Origin: Alphaproteobacteria bacterium
GTDB taxonomy: Bacteria; Pseudomonadota; Alphaproteobacteria; MPNO01; UBA830
Assembly (NCBI GenBank): GCA_964291215.2
Contig: OZ219791.1
Span: forward strand, 1,728,001 to 1,792,000
DNA: 64,000 nt
Direction: 5' to 3'
Both the position numbers and the translations under genes were made by a program. Under the pieces are notes generated by a model. It worked only from the letters and a program-made list of their open reading frames with translations. It made no database searches and was not told the origin of the DNA. Below are positions 19,879-30,199 of this stretch, in pieces. How positions within the stretch are numbered: position 1 is the first letter of the stretch; each line of letters begins with the position of its first letter.

Positions 19879-22340
19879 ATCCATCACGTGCAGCCGGGAC
19901 CGGCCTGATAGGCGCACTCCCGTTTTCGGTCACGCTGCTGCTTGTGCCACTGGTGATAGCCATGGCACTGGACTTGTTGCCCGACTTCATTCCATGGGTT
20001 GTTCCATGGGTTATCTTGCCGCTTGTGCCCTACATCAAGATTCTAGAAATGTTATGCAAGAGCGATGTTCCGAATCTGGATCGTAATACGCCAGAGTCTA
20101 AGGTGTTCTGGCATATCGCTATCCTCGTTTTGTGGGCCGTACTTTATCCCTTGTTGGTGATCTTCATACTTTGGGCCGTATGCAACATACCGACCTTGTT
20201 GCTCTACGAACGTTTTGTTCTGGTTGTGTTTTGCGGAATGCTCGGGAGGCTCATCACTATAACATCGCACGACCTGATTCACAGGCCAACAGCATGGATG
20301 CGATGGTTGGCGGCATTCACGATGGGCGCAATCGCCATGCCGCACATGCACACGGAGCATGTCTACATGCACCATGCGGATGTCGCAACGCCGCGTGATA
20401 GGGAGTCCGCACGATTGGGGCAAAGCTATTATAGCTACTTTCTTACTGTACTTCCCTACGTCTATACGGAAGCCATTCGCGTCCAGCATCGCCGGTTGGC
20501 CCGTCGCGGTCTATCGTTCTGGCACAAGTCTAATCCGGTCTGGCTGTGGGCCGCCTTGTGGATCGGCTGGCCTGCTCTGGCGCTTGCTATCGGAGGATGG
20601 GCAGGGCTCGCAGCTTGGGTGTTTATTGTTCTGTTCGCAGCCTGGGGGATCAGAGCCGTCGACTACATACAACATTACGGTTTGCAACGTATTTTGAAGC
20701 CGAATGGCAAGTACGAACGGATCCAGCCGCATCATTCCTGGAATCACTCCAGTCCGTCGAACTATCTGTATTTTTCCATACAGCGGCACTCGGATCATCA
20801 CGACAAACCCACCAAGCCGTATCCACTGCTTCACGGCCTTCCCGAGGGCAAGGCTCCGAGCCTTCCGTCGCACTACGGTTCGATGATGACGTTGCTTCTC
20901 TTTCCATCGGTCTGGTTCAGGAAAATGAACCCGCTTGTCGAAGAGTGGCGCCGCAAATTCTATCCTGATATCAAGGATTGGCGGGCACTCTCCAGCGAGG
21001 CTTACCGTCACCGACCCGACTCGCTCCCCTTGATTTCGGAGATCATTCAGAGCGCACCTTGTCTGGCAAGATACATGGAATCCTGTTATCCGCTCATCGA
21101 CAGCTTAACTGGCCGCCAGTTTCAGCAGATTACCGTTCCCGACAACATCGGCATGGATCCTCACGAGTTGCTCCTTGCCCAGAGGGGTTTGTTGCGGCTC
21201 CATTACGGTCATGAGTTCGGTTACAGAGAAATGATCGAGGACATGGAACTTTCGGAAACGGACATGGCTGATGAAATCGCCGAAAAAGCGCAAATCTGGT
21301 GCAATGACCAAGCTTTCCAGATCGGCGTAAGGATGATGCAGGGGCACATCCTAGGGCAGGATGCCGGCCGGCCGCTCTCCAACATGGCCGACGCGGCGGT
21401 TACTCTGCTGGCGCGGGCCGTTCTCGACGAGTTTGTTGCCCGGCGAGGCCCGGTTCCCGGCAAGGGCGTTGCTTTTGTGGCCCTTGGTCTGTTTGGCGAA
21501 CGCCGAATAACGTTCGAGTCGGAAGTTGAGATCATTGCTTTGGCGGATGGCGCATCGGATATCGAAGGGAACGGTTTTCTCGTAGAGGATCATGCCGGCG
21601 AGTTTTGTCGTAGATTCAACAAGGTCGCAGCGCAGTGGTCGACCAACAACATGCTCGTCAAGTCCGCCCATATGCGGCCCCCGGGAAGTGGAAGGCAAAA
21701 TGTTACCGGCGCGCTTGAGCGTTTTGCTAAGGGTAGTGGGAAGCCGGATGGGGAGTATTTGCGGGAATTGGCGTCGGCAAGGGTTGTGTGCGTGGCCGGT
21801 GATCGCGCAGATGAGTTCGCTGAACAGTTCGAGGAAACTAGGCGCTCCCTTCTCCTCCGGCAATCTCCGTCGGCCGCCGATGTTCTTCACCCTGTGCCCG
21901 ACGAGGAAGGCGAGCGGTTACTCCCTGAGATTTTGGAAGGACCGGGCGGTCTGAGCGATCTCCAACGGGCTGTGCTCGTGTTGCGTCTGCGCTATGGCGA
22001 GAGTTATCCGGACATGACAGATGAGGTTGGCCCTGCAGCTGTCCTGAAAAAGGCCGGAGAACACGGAATTCTCGCATCGCAGGTTGCAGAGGATCTTGCC
22101 GAGGCAGCTGACTTTCTACTGGGCTTGGAATGTGTCCTGTCACTGGTGAACGGCGGTCAGAACGATGAGGCGTATAGGGAGGACGGGGTGAAGGCTGCCA
22201 TGGCCCGGGCCTGCGATGCCGGCGACTTTGAAGAGGTCGTTGCCAAAGCGAAGACGGCGGCCGCCTGCATCGCTGCATGTCCGGTTGCGGTTCTCGGGCC
22301 CGATGCAGGGGGGGGGCAGCTGATGACCTGCCCCCGTTGA
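19875..22340 (+). CDS. AlkB-type membrane di-iron hydroxylase/desaturase fused to degenerate GlnE adenylyltransferase-like domain
   Basis: TM helices and His boxes HDLIH, EHVYMHH, DYIQHYGL, QRHSDHH; C-half follows GlnE (AFQIGV, LSNMADAAV, VALGLFG..SEVEII, ARVV, GGLSDL); last codons read into an IS3 end. Confidence 0.8.
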   Translation: MNPSRAAGTGLIGALPFSVTLLLVPLVIAMALDLLPDFIPWVVPWVILPLVPYIKILEMLCKSDVPNLDRNTPESKVFWHIAILVLWAVLYPLLVIFILWAVCNIPTLLLYERFVLVVFCGMLGRLITITSHDLIHRPTAWMRWLAAFTMGAIAMPHMHTEHVYMHHADVATPRDRESARLGQSYYSYFLTVLPYVYTEAIRVQHRRLARRGLSFWHKSNPVWLWAALWIGWPALALAIGGWAGLAAWVFIVLFAAWGIRAVDYIQHYGLQRILKPNGKYERIQPHHSWNHSSPSNYLYFSIQRHSDHHDKPTKPYPLLHGLPEGKAPSLPSHYGSMMTLLLFPSVWFRKMNPLVEEWRRKFYPDIKDWRALSSEAYRHRPDSLPLISEIIQSAPCLARYMESCYPLIDSLTGRQFQQITVPDNIGMDPHELLLAQRGLLRLHYGHEFGYREMIEDMELSETDMADEIAEKAQIWCNDQAFQIGVRMMQGHILGQDAGRPLSNMADAAVTLLARAVLDEFVARRGPVPGKGVAFVALGLFGERRITFESEVEIIALADGASDIEGNGFLVEDHAGEFCRRFNKVAAQWSTNNMLVKSAHMRPPGSGRQNVTGALERFAKGSGKPDGEYLRELASARVVCVAGDRADEFAEQFEETRRSLLLRQSPSAADVLHPVPDEEGERLLPEILEGPGGLSDLQRAVLVLRLRYGESYPDMTDEVGPAAVLKKAGEHGILASQVAEDLAEAADFLLGLECVLSLVNGGQNDEAYREDGVKAAMARACDAGDFEEVVAKAKTAAACIAACPVAVLGPDAGGGQLMTCPR

Positions 22341-22563
22341 CTGGTCCAGTCGGAATGTTAGTGCATTGACGATTTCTCCGCCAGCTTGGCGTGACGACTG
22401 TCTCGGGTGCCGGCGGCTGGTATCTCAAGCTGCCATTTGGCCGTATGGCGTTGTAGTGGCGCCGCCATGCTTCAATGAGGATCCGGGCCTCGTTCAAGGC
22501 TGTAGAAGATCTCCCCGTCGAAGAACTCGTCGCGGAGGCGGGCGTTGAAGCTTGTAGCCGTTT
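22324..22563 (-). pseudogene. IS3-family remnant (integrase core C-terminus and right end)
   Basis: FNARLRDE..GEIFYSLNEARILIEAWRRHYNAIRP; terminus TGACCTGCCCCC. Confidence 0.8.
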
Positions 22564-22680
22564 CCCACTTCCAGTCTGAAGTGCAACATCCGGCTCTCAT
22601 CGCAGTGAGGGCGTAGCCCGAACGGAGATGAGGGCCGGACGTTGCACAAATTTTTCCCCTCTGCCCTGCTCGATTCCGCC

Positions 22681-23801
22681 TAGTGTCTTGTCATTCGTCA
22701 AATGTCGTATAAAGGCGTTTGAGTTTCACGCGGGCATCGTCGGTGGTGAACTGCCAATCCACCTTGGCCTGGATGCGGTCGCCTGCCAAGCGGCAACTTC
22801 CCGGCGTAGCACCTCGATGCGGCGGTTCAGGCGGATCATGACGTTGAGTTCCACCACGTTCAGCCAACTGCCATGCTTGGGGGTGTAGACGAACTCGAAG
22901 CGGTCCCACAGGGCCTTGGCCTCGTCCGGCGGGTAGGCCTCGTAGAGGGCGCCGGGGAGTGTTGAGATTGTCCATCACTAGGGTGATGGTGGTGGCATCT
23001 TGGTAGCGCCCGGCGATGTCGGCCAGGAACTGCGCCCAATCGATCTTGCGCTCGGTTACCTTGGTCATGCGCTTGCCGGCCAGGGGTTCCGTGAAGACGT
23101 TGCAGGTACCGCAACGTCGATACTCGTAGTCGTTACGCGCTGGCTGTCCCGGCGCCATGGCGATCGGTTGCCGTGTCTCGCCGGTCGGGGCGTTTCGTCC
23201 ATGCAGACCACGGGGAAAGCGGCGGGACGGCGATAGACATCGAGTACCTTCGCTGCGGCGAAGTCGGCGTTCCCTTGAGGAGGAATCACCCACCCGCTGC
23301 CATGGCTTGAGGCAGTTTTTTTTAGAACACGCCGCACCGTCTCGTGTGACACGGTGTAACCAAGCTCGACAACGCGGTCGGCCAGCAGCCGCAACGACCA
23401 TTGCGCGTAACCCTCAGGCGGTTCACCACAACTCAGGGCCACCAAGCGCGCCTCGAAGACGCCGTCGGCTTTTCGCATGTAGGTAGGACGGCGCCGGCCA
23501 CCCAATGCCGCCTCCAACCCCTCTTCAACGAAACGCTTTTTCACCCGGTCTACTTTGCGCATGCTGATGCGCAGAATCTCAGCAATGACCTTCCCGGTCA
23601 TCTGGCATTCATTGAACGCGCCCTCGTCGCAGTTAAGCAGGGCGTTGATTACCTTTTGCGACAGGTGCGAGCCCTTGATCTCCGAAAGTTCTGCCCGTTC
23701 GTCCAGGGTCACCACGTAGCGTTTCATACTCCGACCTCCATCCCGAATGGACGGACAGTCTAGCACCAAATGTACGACATATCATTGCTGACATAACACT
23801 A
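22681..23801 (-). mobile_element. IS630-family element, copy A (frameshifted)
   Basis: TA duplication in CTAG; ends GTGTTATGTCAGC / TGACAAGACAC; WSLRLLA, SHETVRR, VCMDE, DYEYRRCGT, LVMDNLNT motifs. Confidence 0.9.
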
Positions 23802-23844
23802 GGAACAGCTTCAGTTCCTTCAACATCGAGCTTATGCAACGCCT

Positions 23845-26292
23845 TTGGACGAAGGGCCGCTTCGCGGCCATGGGTGCTTGTGATCGGGTTCTGTGCTGAG
23901 TGATCGACGCGAGTGGTTGTGTCGAGATCGGCGCCCTGATGTTTCGATGAGCTGAGCGGAGCTTCACACTTCCTGGTCTCCCGACTGTTCGGGGGGACAA
24001 TCAACCAGGGAGTGAGAGATGAAGGCAAAGGAAGTTTCGCCTCTTCGCCAGAAGACGGTCGAGACGATGAAGGGTCTGTCGCACGCAGGAGAACTATCTG
24101 CGTGAGATTGCGCTGTTCGACCGCCATACCGGGCATCAGCTGGAGAGCCAGACGAGCGAGGAGATCAGTGCCTGGATCCTGGAGCGGATTGACCGTGGTC
24201 TGGCGCCGCGCACGACCAATGTCACGGTGACGGCGATCCGCCTGTTCTATGGCAACGTTCTCGGCCAGCCCGAGAAGGTCGAGCATCTACACTGTCGTCG
24301 GGTTCCCGACCGCCTGCCGCGGACGATCGCGGAAGGGGATGTCGAGCACCTGATCCAGGGGATCACCGACGTACGCACGGCAACCGTTGTCGCCTACGGC
24401 GCTGCGTTGCGCATCTCGGAAGTGGTATCGCTACAGGTCACGGACATCCGCCGCGAGGAAGGTCTCCTGCACATCCGCGAGGGCAAGGGCCACCACGAGC
24501 GCATGGCCTACCTGCCCGGCGCCGTGCTCAAGGAACTGGAGCGTTACTGGAACTGGCCACGCCCTCGAAGCTGGCTCTTCTACCGCCACACACCCGATGA
24601 GCCGATCACCGTGAAAGGGCTGCGGGCCGCCTTCCGGATGGCCTGCGACCAAGTCGGCCTTGATCGCGGGGTCACCTTTCACTGTCTGCGGCACGCGGCC
24701 GCAACACATCTCCTCGAAAGAGGTGCGCCGCAGAGTGTCGTGCAGGACGTCCTGGGACACAAGTCCTCGGAGACAACACGGGTCTATGCCCGCACCACGG
24801 GCATGATGTTCCGCAACCACCCGGTGGAGAGGTTCCTGGCCGCCCCTTGACCCTTCCCACCCCCGGCGTGGCGGACATCATTCGCCACGCCCGGCTTCCG
24901 CGTCACCCACGCGGGACGGCTGGACGCGCTCTCGAGCGAGGTGCTTGACCGCATCGCATCCTGCCGCACGGCGGAACTCGGCGGTCACCTCTACCAGTGC
25001 ACCCGCGCTTCCATGTCGCCTGGCACTCACCGTCACTGCCCCCAGGGCGCCGCGGCGCAGGCGGCGCGGCAGGCGGCCCATGTCCTGCCCTACTTCCACA
25101 TCGTCTTCACCCTGCCCAGGCCCATCGCACAGATCGCCTTCCAGAACCGAAAGACCGTGTTCGACATCCTGTTCCATTGTACCTCCGACACCATCAAGAC
25201 CATCAGCGCCGATCCCCGACGCTTCGCCGCTCACGTCGGCGGCACCGCCGTGCTCCACACCTGGAACCAGAAGATGGAGTGGCATCCCCACATCCACTGC
25301 CTCGTTCCCAACGGCGGCTTCGATATCAACTCCGGAGCGTGGAAGGCGGGGTCCCCCCACTTCTTCGCTCCGGTCCGCGTCCTCGCATCCTTCTTCCGCA
25401 ACCGCTTCCTCGAGAAACTGGCCGAGCTCTCCTTCCACGGCTCCATCGCCCACCTCGCCGACCGCAAGGCCTTCGAGAAGGTGCTGCAGGAAGCACGCAC
25501 GATCGCCTGGAACGTCTACGCGGCCCTTCAACGGACCCGAGGCCGTCATCCGATACCTCTCCCGATACACCCTCGCCATCTCCGACGCCCGCATCATCGC
25601 CTTCGACGGCGCAACCGTCACCATGCGTCACCGCAAGCCCGTCACCAAGCCCGCCGAGAAGCCCACCTACGGCGCCATGCAACTCTCTACTGACGCCTTC
25701 ATCAGACGCTTCCTCCTCCATCGCCTGCCCAAGGGACTGCACCGCATCCGACACTTCGGCATCCTCGCCAACGGATGCCGAGCCAGGACCCTCGACGCCG
25801 TGCGCTCGCTCACCAGCGCCCAGACCAACACCACCGACGACGACACCGGCGTCAAGGTCTGCGCCCACTGCGGCGCACCCTTGCGGCTCGTTCTCGACTT
25901 CGGACGCAAGAGCCTCTCCCCCGAAAAACGCGCCCTTCTCGACGCCCTGATACGCCAACGCGGGCCTCCAACACCACAGCCGCCGCCATGACAGCACCGA
26001 CATCATTCCAGCACAAACGGGGGCCCTACCGCCGCGCGGCTCTGCGTCCTCATGACGTCAGACTGTTGTCCACGGCCCTGCAGAACCCCATGCCAGAGTG
26101 CCCATCCGCGTCCCGCAGGCTCGACAGCCCTCGTCGTGGCCCGAACATCACGGACCGACAGCGGACAACACGCCCCCTCGAGCGTCCGTAAACAACACCT
26201 CCTTCACACTTTCTGCATGCTGACACCGAGGCGGCGCGGCCTTCGTCCAAACCCGCTTAGTGACGGCGCTCCGGCCGTCACTAACCAGAATC
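23845..26292 (+). mobile_element. Tyrosine integrase plus IS91-like (Y2) transposase unit, degenerate
   Basis: Integrase ~24019-24850 (LRISE, HCLRH, LGH, TTRVY); transposase ~24860-25991 (YFHIVFTLP, LHTW..WHPHIHCLV, YLSRY, RIRHFG); CTTCGTCCAAA end motif. Confidence 0.8.
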
Positions 26293-26365
26293 TTGTCGGC
26301 TTCAAGCCACTATTTTGCCGTCGCGCGGCATTGGACTTGGACCGGTGTGGACCGGTTTTTGGACC

Positions 26366-27593
26366 GGTACTGTAACTTGATGTCTGGAAATTTGTCTGAG
26401 GTTTGCGCTTTGAGGCGTTTCACTGGGGGGGCTAGCCCCCCAGTGAAACGCGGCGCCATCGTGCTATCCCATGGAGCTGTAAACCTTCATGGAGGAAGCG
26501 AATGGACCTGCGACACACTACGACGATTGAGGCTGTTTTGGAACATCTGATCGCAAACGGAGCAACGGATCTGGGACGGGTCTTTGGCCAGCTCTTCGAG
26601 CTTGCGATGCAAATCGAGCGCGAGCAGTACTTGAAAGCGGGCCACCGGACGCCGGAGCGACAGGGCTATGCCAACGGCTACAAGCGGATCGACACCCCCA
26701 CTGTTGCCGTTCAGGTGCCAAAGACGGCCGGTCACGGGGACGACCCCCCCAGTCGCTTGAACGCGGCCAGCGATCTTCTCGCGCCGTAGCCGAGATGTAC
26801 ATCAAGGGTGTTTCCACACGGCAGGATGTAATGCGCGAGTTCGGGAGCCTGTCCTCTTCTCAGGGGGCCACCAGGTTGCTCGATGAAGAACTCGCCGCGC
26901 AACCGGCCCCTGATGAAATACCTGGATGCGCGCTACGAAAAAGCCCGCCATGACGGCGTTGTGCGCGATGTTGCAGTGCTCTCGGCCATCGGAATAGGGG
27001 CTGCAGGCACGTTCTGGGGCTCTCTGTGGCGCTCTCCGAGGCCGAGGTCCATTGGAGAGCCTTCCTGGAAAGCTTGCTAGCCCTGCATGGTACGACCTTC
27101 ATCGTCCGGATGACCATGCTGGGCTGAAAGCGGCACGACGCGCGGTGCTGGGCGCGGCGACGTGGCAGCGCTGCCAGTTCCACCTGGCGCAAAACGCCGT
27201 GCACCGAACAACGACATCAGGAAACGTATTGGAAAACAGCTCAGAGCCACGCCTCCTCACTCCAAACCGCCGAGGCTGAACTAGGCGCCCTCGTGGCCAG
27301 CGACAAGCATCCAGGCTTCCTGGCTGGAAAAGAATGCGGGGCTCGCTGTCTTCACCTTGCCCGATGCTCACCACAAACGTATGCGAACCTCGAACGGCAT
27401 CGAGCGACCGATCCAGCAAGAACTCAAGCGGCGCACCTCCAAAGTCAGGGTCTTTCCAAACCTCGCCTCGTTGGAGCGCCTCTCAACCGCGGTCCTCATC
27501 GACGAAAAATGGGAAACCGAAACCAAGGCATACATCAAATGGGAACAGCTCGATCAGCTTCACGACAATTTCCAGACATCAGGTTGCGTAATC
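26366..27593 (+). mobile_element. IS256-family element, degenerate
   Basis: IRs GGTACTGTAACTTGATGTCTGGAAATT / AATTTCCAGACATCAGGTTGCGTAATC; MYIKGVST, LDARYEK, WQRCQFH, RTSNGIER..ELKRRT. Confidence 0.85.
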
Positions 27594-27620
27594 CTGAGAT
27601 CTGCGGTCCAGTTTCCTTCG

Positions 27621-28577
27621 CTATTCGCCTTCACTCGTACTGTCGCCGGCAGTCAGGCCTTCAAATGCTTCCAACAAGTCCAGATGCCGTCGCGGAAAAT
27701 GCACAAAGAGTTCGCCCTCGTAGCCCAGCTCATCCTTCTGGAGATTGAAAGTACCCCGCTCTTCACGCATCTTGTAAAACTTGACCGATATTTTCCTGCA
27801 CTCCAAAGCCGTCATGATCGTGTACTTGGCCGACTCTTTACACTTCATCCCGAAGATGACTTCTTCCAGTTCCAGGGGCGAACCCTCAGCCCCCCGACGC
27901 CCGATCAGTCGCCACTCCCGTTCGTAAGACCAACTCTCCGCCTTTCTCAGCATCACAGCTGCTTCGACCGTTGTGCGGGCTTCATCATCTCCATCCAGCA
28001 TCGCGCTCACCTCGCTCGCCTTGACCAGCCGAGATCGATCGTACGCTACTCTATGAACATCCCCTGTAACCCGCTCTGGTACTGAATAGCCTAGGAAAAT
28101 CCCGCGATGCTGGTCGCCATAGTGGCTCCACATCAGCGGGCAGTCGTCCCGCTCTGCGAACGAAACAATGCCCTTCTCGTATCGCTGAAGCAGTTCCAGC
28201 TCGATGCGATACGTTAACGTCGCTTCGATATCGAATCCCTCGTCCATCTCGCTGTATTCGATCTTATCCCTAAGCTCATCGGCCTGGCCGCGACTGCGCT
28301 TCTCGATCAGATCCGTCGTCTTGGGCTCCTTAAGCCTCATAGCATCAGCTGCCGCACACATTTCTTTAGCGATGCGTTGTTTGGTCAGCATCCGCAGAAT
28401 CCTTCCGAGCTCACCAACATCGACATCGTTGTCAAGCGAAGGCTGGGTATCCAGCGGATCGTTGAACGTGCGCGGGTCGGCAAAGTAAAGCCGGTCTCCC
28501 ACGACCATGTCCAAAGTCCGGGCAGTCAAGTCACGATACTTGTACAGCCGCGTGGGCAATCTCTTATCTCTTTCCAT
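27621..28577 (-). CDS. DUF2971-like protein
   Basis: LYKYR, FNDPLD, LMWSHYGDQHRG, K..SWSYEREWR, EVIFG signature. Confidence 0.8.
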   Translation of the reverse strand: MERDKRLPTRLYKYRDLTARTLDMVVGDRLYFADPRTFNDPLDTQPSLDNDVDVGELGRILRMLTKQRIAKEMCAAADAMRLKEPKTTDLIEKRSRGQADELRDKIEYSEMDEGFDIEATLTYRIELELLQRYEKGIVSFAERDDCPLMWSHYGDQHRGIFLGYSVPERVTGDVHRVAYDRSRLVKASEVSAMLDGDDEARTTVEAAVMLRKAESWSYEREWRLIGRRGAEGSPLELEEVIFGMKCKESAKYTIMTALECRKISVKFYKMREERGTFNLQKDELGYEGELFVHFPRRHLDLLEAFEGLTAGDSTSEGE

Positions 28578-28757
28578 GTTCCCCTGTCCGCTTCCGGATA
28601 CGATCGCTCCTTGGGTCCCGGATCGCATTACGCCAGCGTTGCTACAACTCCCATGCGAAACGGTGCAGACCGGGCACGCTTCGGTCTTCCAGGCTGGGTG
28701 CAAGTCCGGTATGGCTATCGTAACCATTTGATTTATTATGAGTTTGCCTTTGTTTCG

Positions 28758-29400
28758 GGTTCCCGATCACGGAGTTTGGTAACAATCGGGGGTTGGAGGG
28801 CCGGCATTTGTCACGGTTGCACGATGGCGGGGGCTGCGGGACCGCTCCGCCCCGCCAGAGGCGGGTAGGATGTTGTGTGCACATCAACCTCGGGAGCGGT
28901 CCCATGCCAATGTCGCAGCCTGCGCAGTCTTCGTTCATCGATCTGTCGGGCTTGGCGGCTCGGGTTCTTGAGACGCTGACGGGGTTGGCGGCCGTGTGCT
29001 GTGCGCCGCTTGCTTCGGAGCCCTGTCCGGCGGCGTTCGAGGAGGTGGAGCGGCGAGTTCGGGAGAGCGTGAACGTGCTGGGCTGCGCGGTGCTGGGGTC
29101 GTGGATCGAGCGCCTTGACGACGGGGCGGGTCGAGCGGGCCGGGCAGCGACGGTTCCGTGTGGCGGCGACGCCGAAGACGATCATGAGCGCGCTCGGCCC
29201 GGTGACCTACGGGCGCGCTATCGCCACGGCGTGGGCGGCCTCTCGTTCGTGCCGGTGGACGAGAGCCTGGGACTGGTGAACGACTGGCTGACGCGCCCGG
29301 CTGCGCGGCTCGGGTTGATGATGATGGGCCACGGCACGGCCAGGGAAGCGGAAGAGTTCTTCTCGGAGATGGGCGCCATGACACCGTCCGCGCCCTCATC
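28758..29400 (+). pseudogene. ISKra4-like transposase 5' remnant
   Basis: KTIMSALGPVTY.RARYR, FVPVDESLGL, frameshifted. Confidence 0.55.
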
Positions 29401-29544
29401 AAGTCCGGACGCTTCGACTGCGCATGGGCAACCATCATGGCCGATGCCGATACCCCGGCCAACGACAACAACTGCCCTGGCTACGCCGCCAGACGCGCCG
29501 CATGAGCCCCATCAGCCGACCGATCCCGGCATCGCCATGTCAAA

Positions 29545-29750
29545 CTCACGCCCTCCGATCATCATATCGTTGCCGGAACTGCCATCCAGTGTTTCGTTTT
29601 CGGAATCTCCATAGAAAACGGAGTAATTCCGGCAACTGACGCCGTCGAGATCATCCGGGTCGATCTGCGACTTCCGCACTCCTTTCAGATGGACCGAACC
29701 GTCCTTATAGCCAATGGTCACGCCGTTGTCACCGTCGACGAATTCCAGGT
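29545..29750 (-). pseudogene. RTX/hemolysin-type Ca-binding protein fragment
   Basis: GDSENETLDGSSGNDMMIGG nonapeptide-like repeat, bounded by MITE. Confidence 0.45.
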
Positions 29751-29943
29751 CACGACGATCCCATGCTAATTCAGAGACGCGAAATCCGAATGCGTTGGGG
29801 CTCGGGTCATCACAGATCGCCTCCTTGATCGCAATTTTCGTGCCAAGAAGGTCCCATCGAGCCTTGGCGGCACGATTGCAGCGCGACGCAAACTGAGAAA
29901 ATCTTGCCAGTCGTAGCCGGATTAGCAGCGTGGGATCACCGTG
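29751..29943. mobile_element. ISAs1-type MITE, copy 3
   Basis: 193 bp, reverse complement of 1637-1829; no TSD. Confidence 0.85.
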
Positions 29944-30199
29944 GCACTCAGCTTGATGGCCGTTGACATGCTGAGGCGCGTAGCCTACCTCCGGCCACTT
30001 CAAGCTTGCGTCCCTTGGTCAGGTTGGGGCGAGTGGTTGCGGCCTTTTGAATTGGAATGACGATGTCCCATGCTTCGCTTTCGGACCGCGCAAATGTGGC
30101 AGGTGGCTATCGTATCCGCGGTGTTGCGAGGCCGTGGCGGTAGGCGTTCAATGCGTGGTGGCGCGGCCTCGGGTTTGCCGGCTGAGTGGGTAGAACGTC

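Larger units (their letters stand above)
22564..26331. mobile_element. Partial IS30-family 3' end, split by nested IS630 and IS91-like insertions
   Basis: 22564-22680, 23802-23847 and 26293-26331 join to match 46978-47180. Confidence 0.75.

Noticed and set aside
19875-22340. Functional glutamine synthetase adenylyltransferase (glnE)
   Set aside because: Only one domain is present and nucleotidyltransferase catalytic motifs are substituted
23310-23325. A-run frameshift in IS630 as part of the decay
   Set aside because: An A-tract at this position is the usual programmed frameshift site of two-ORF IS630 elements
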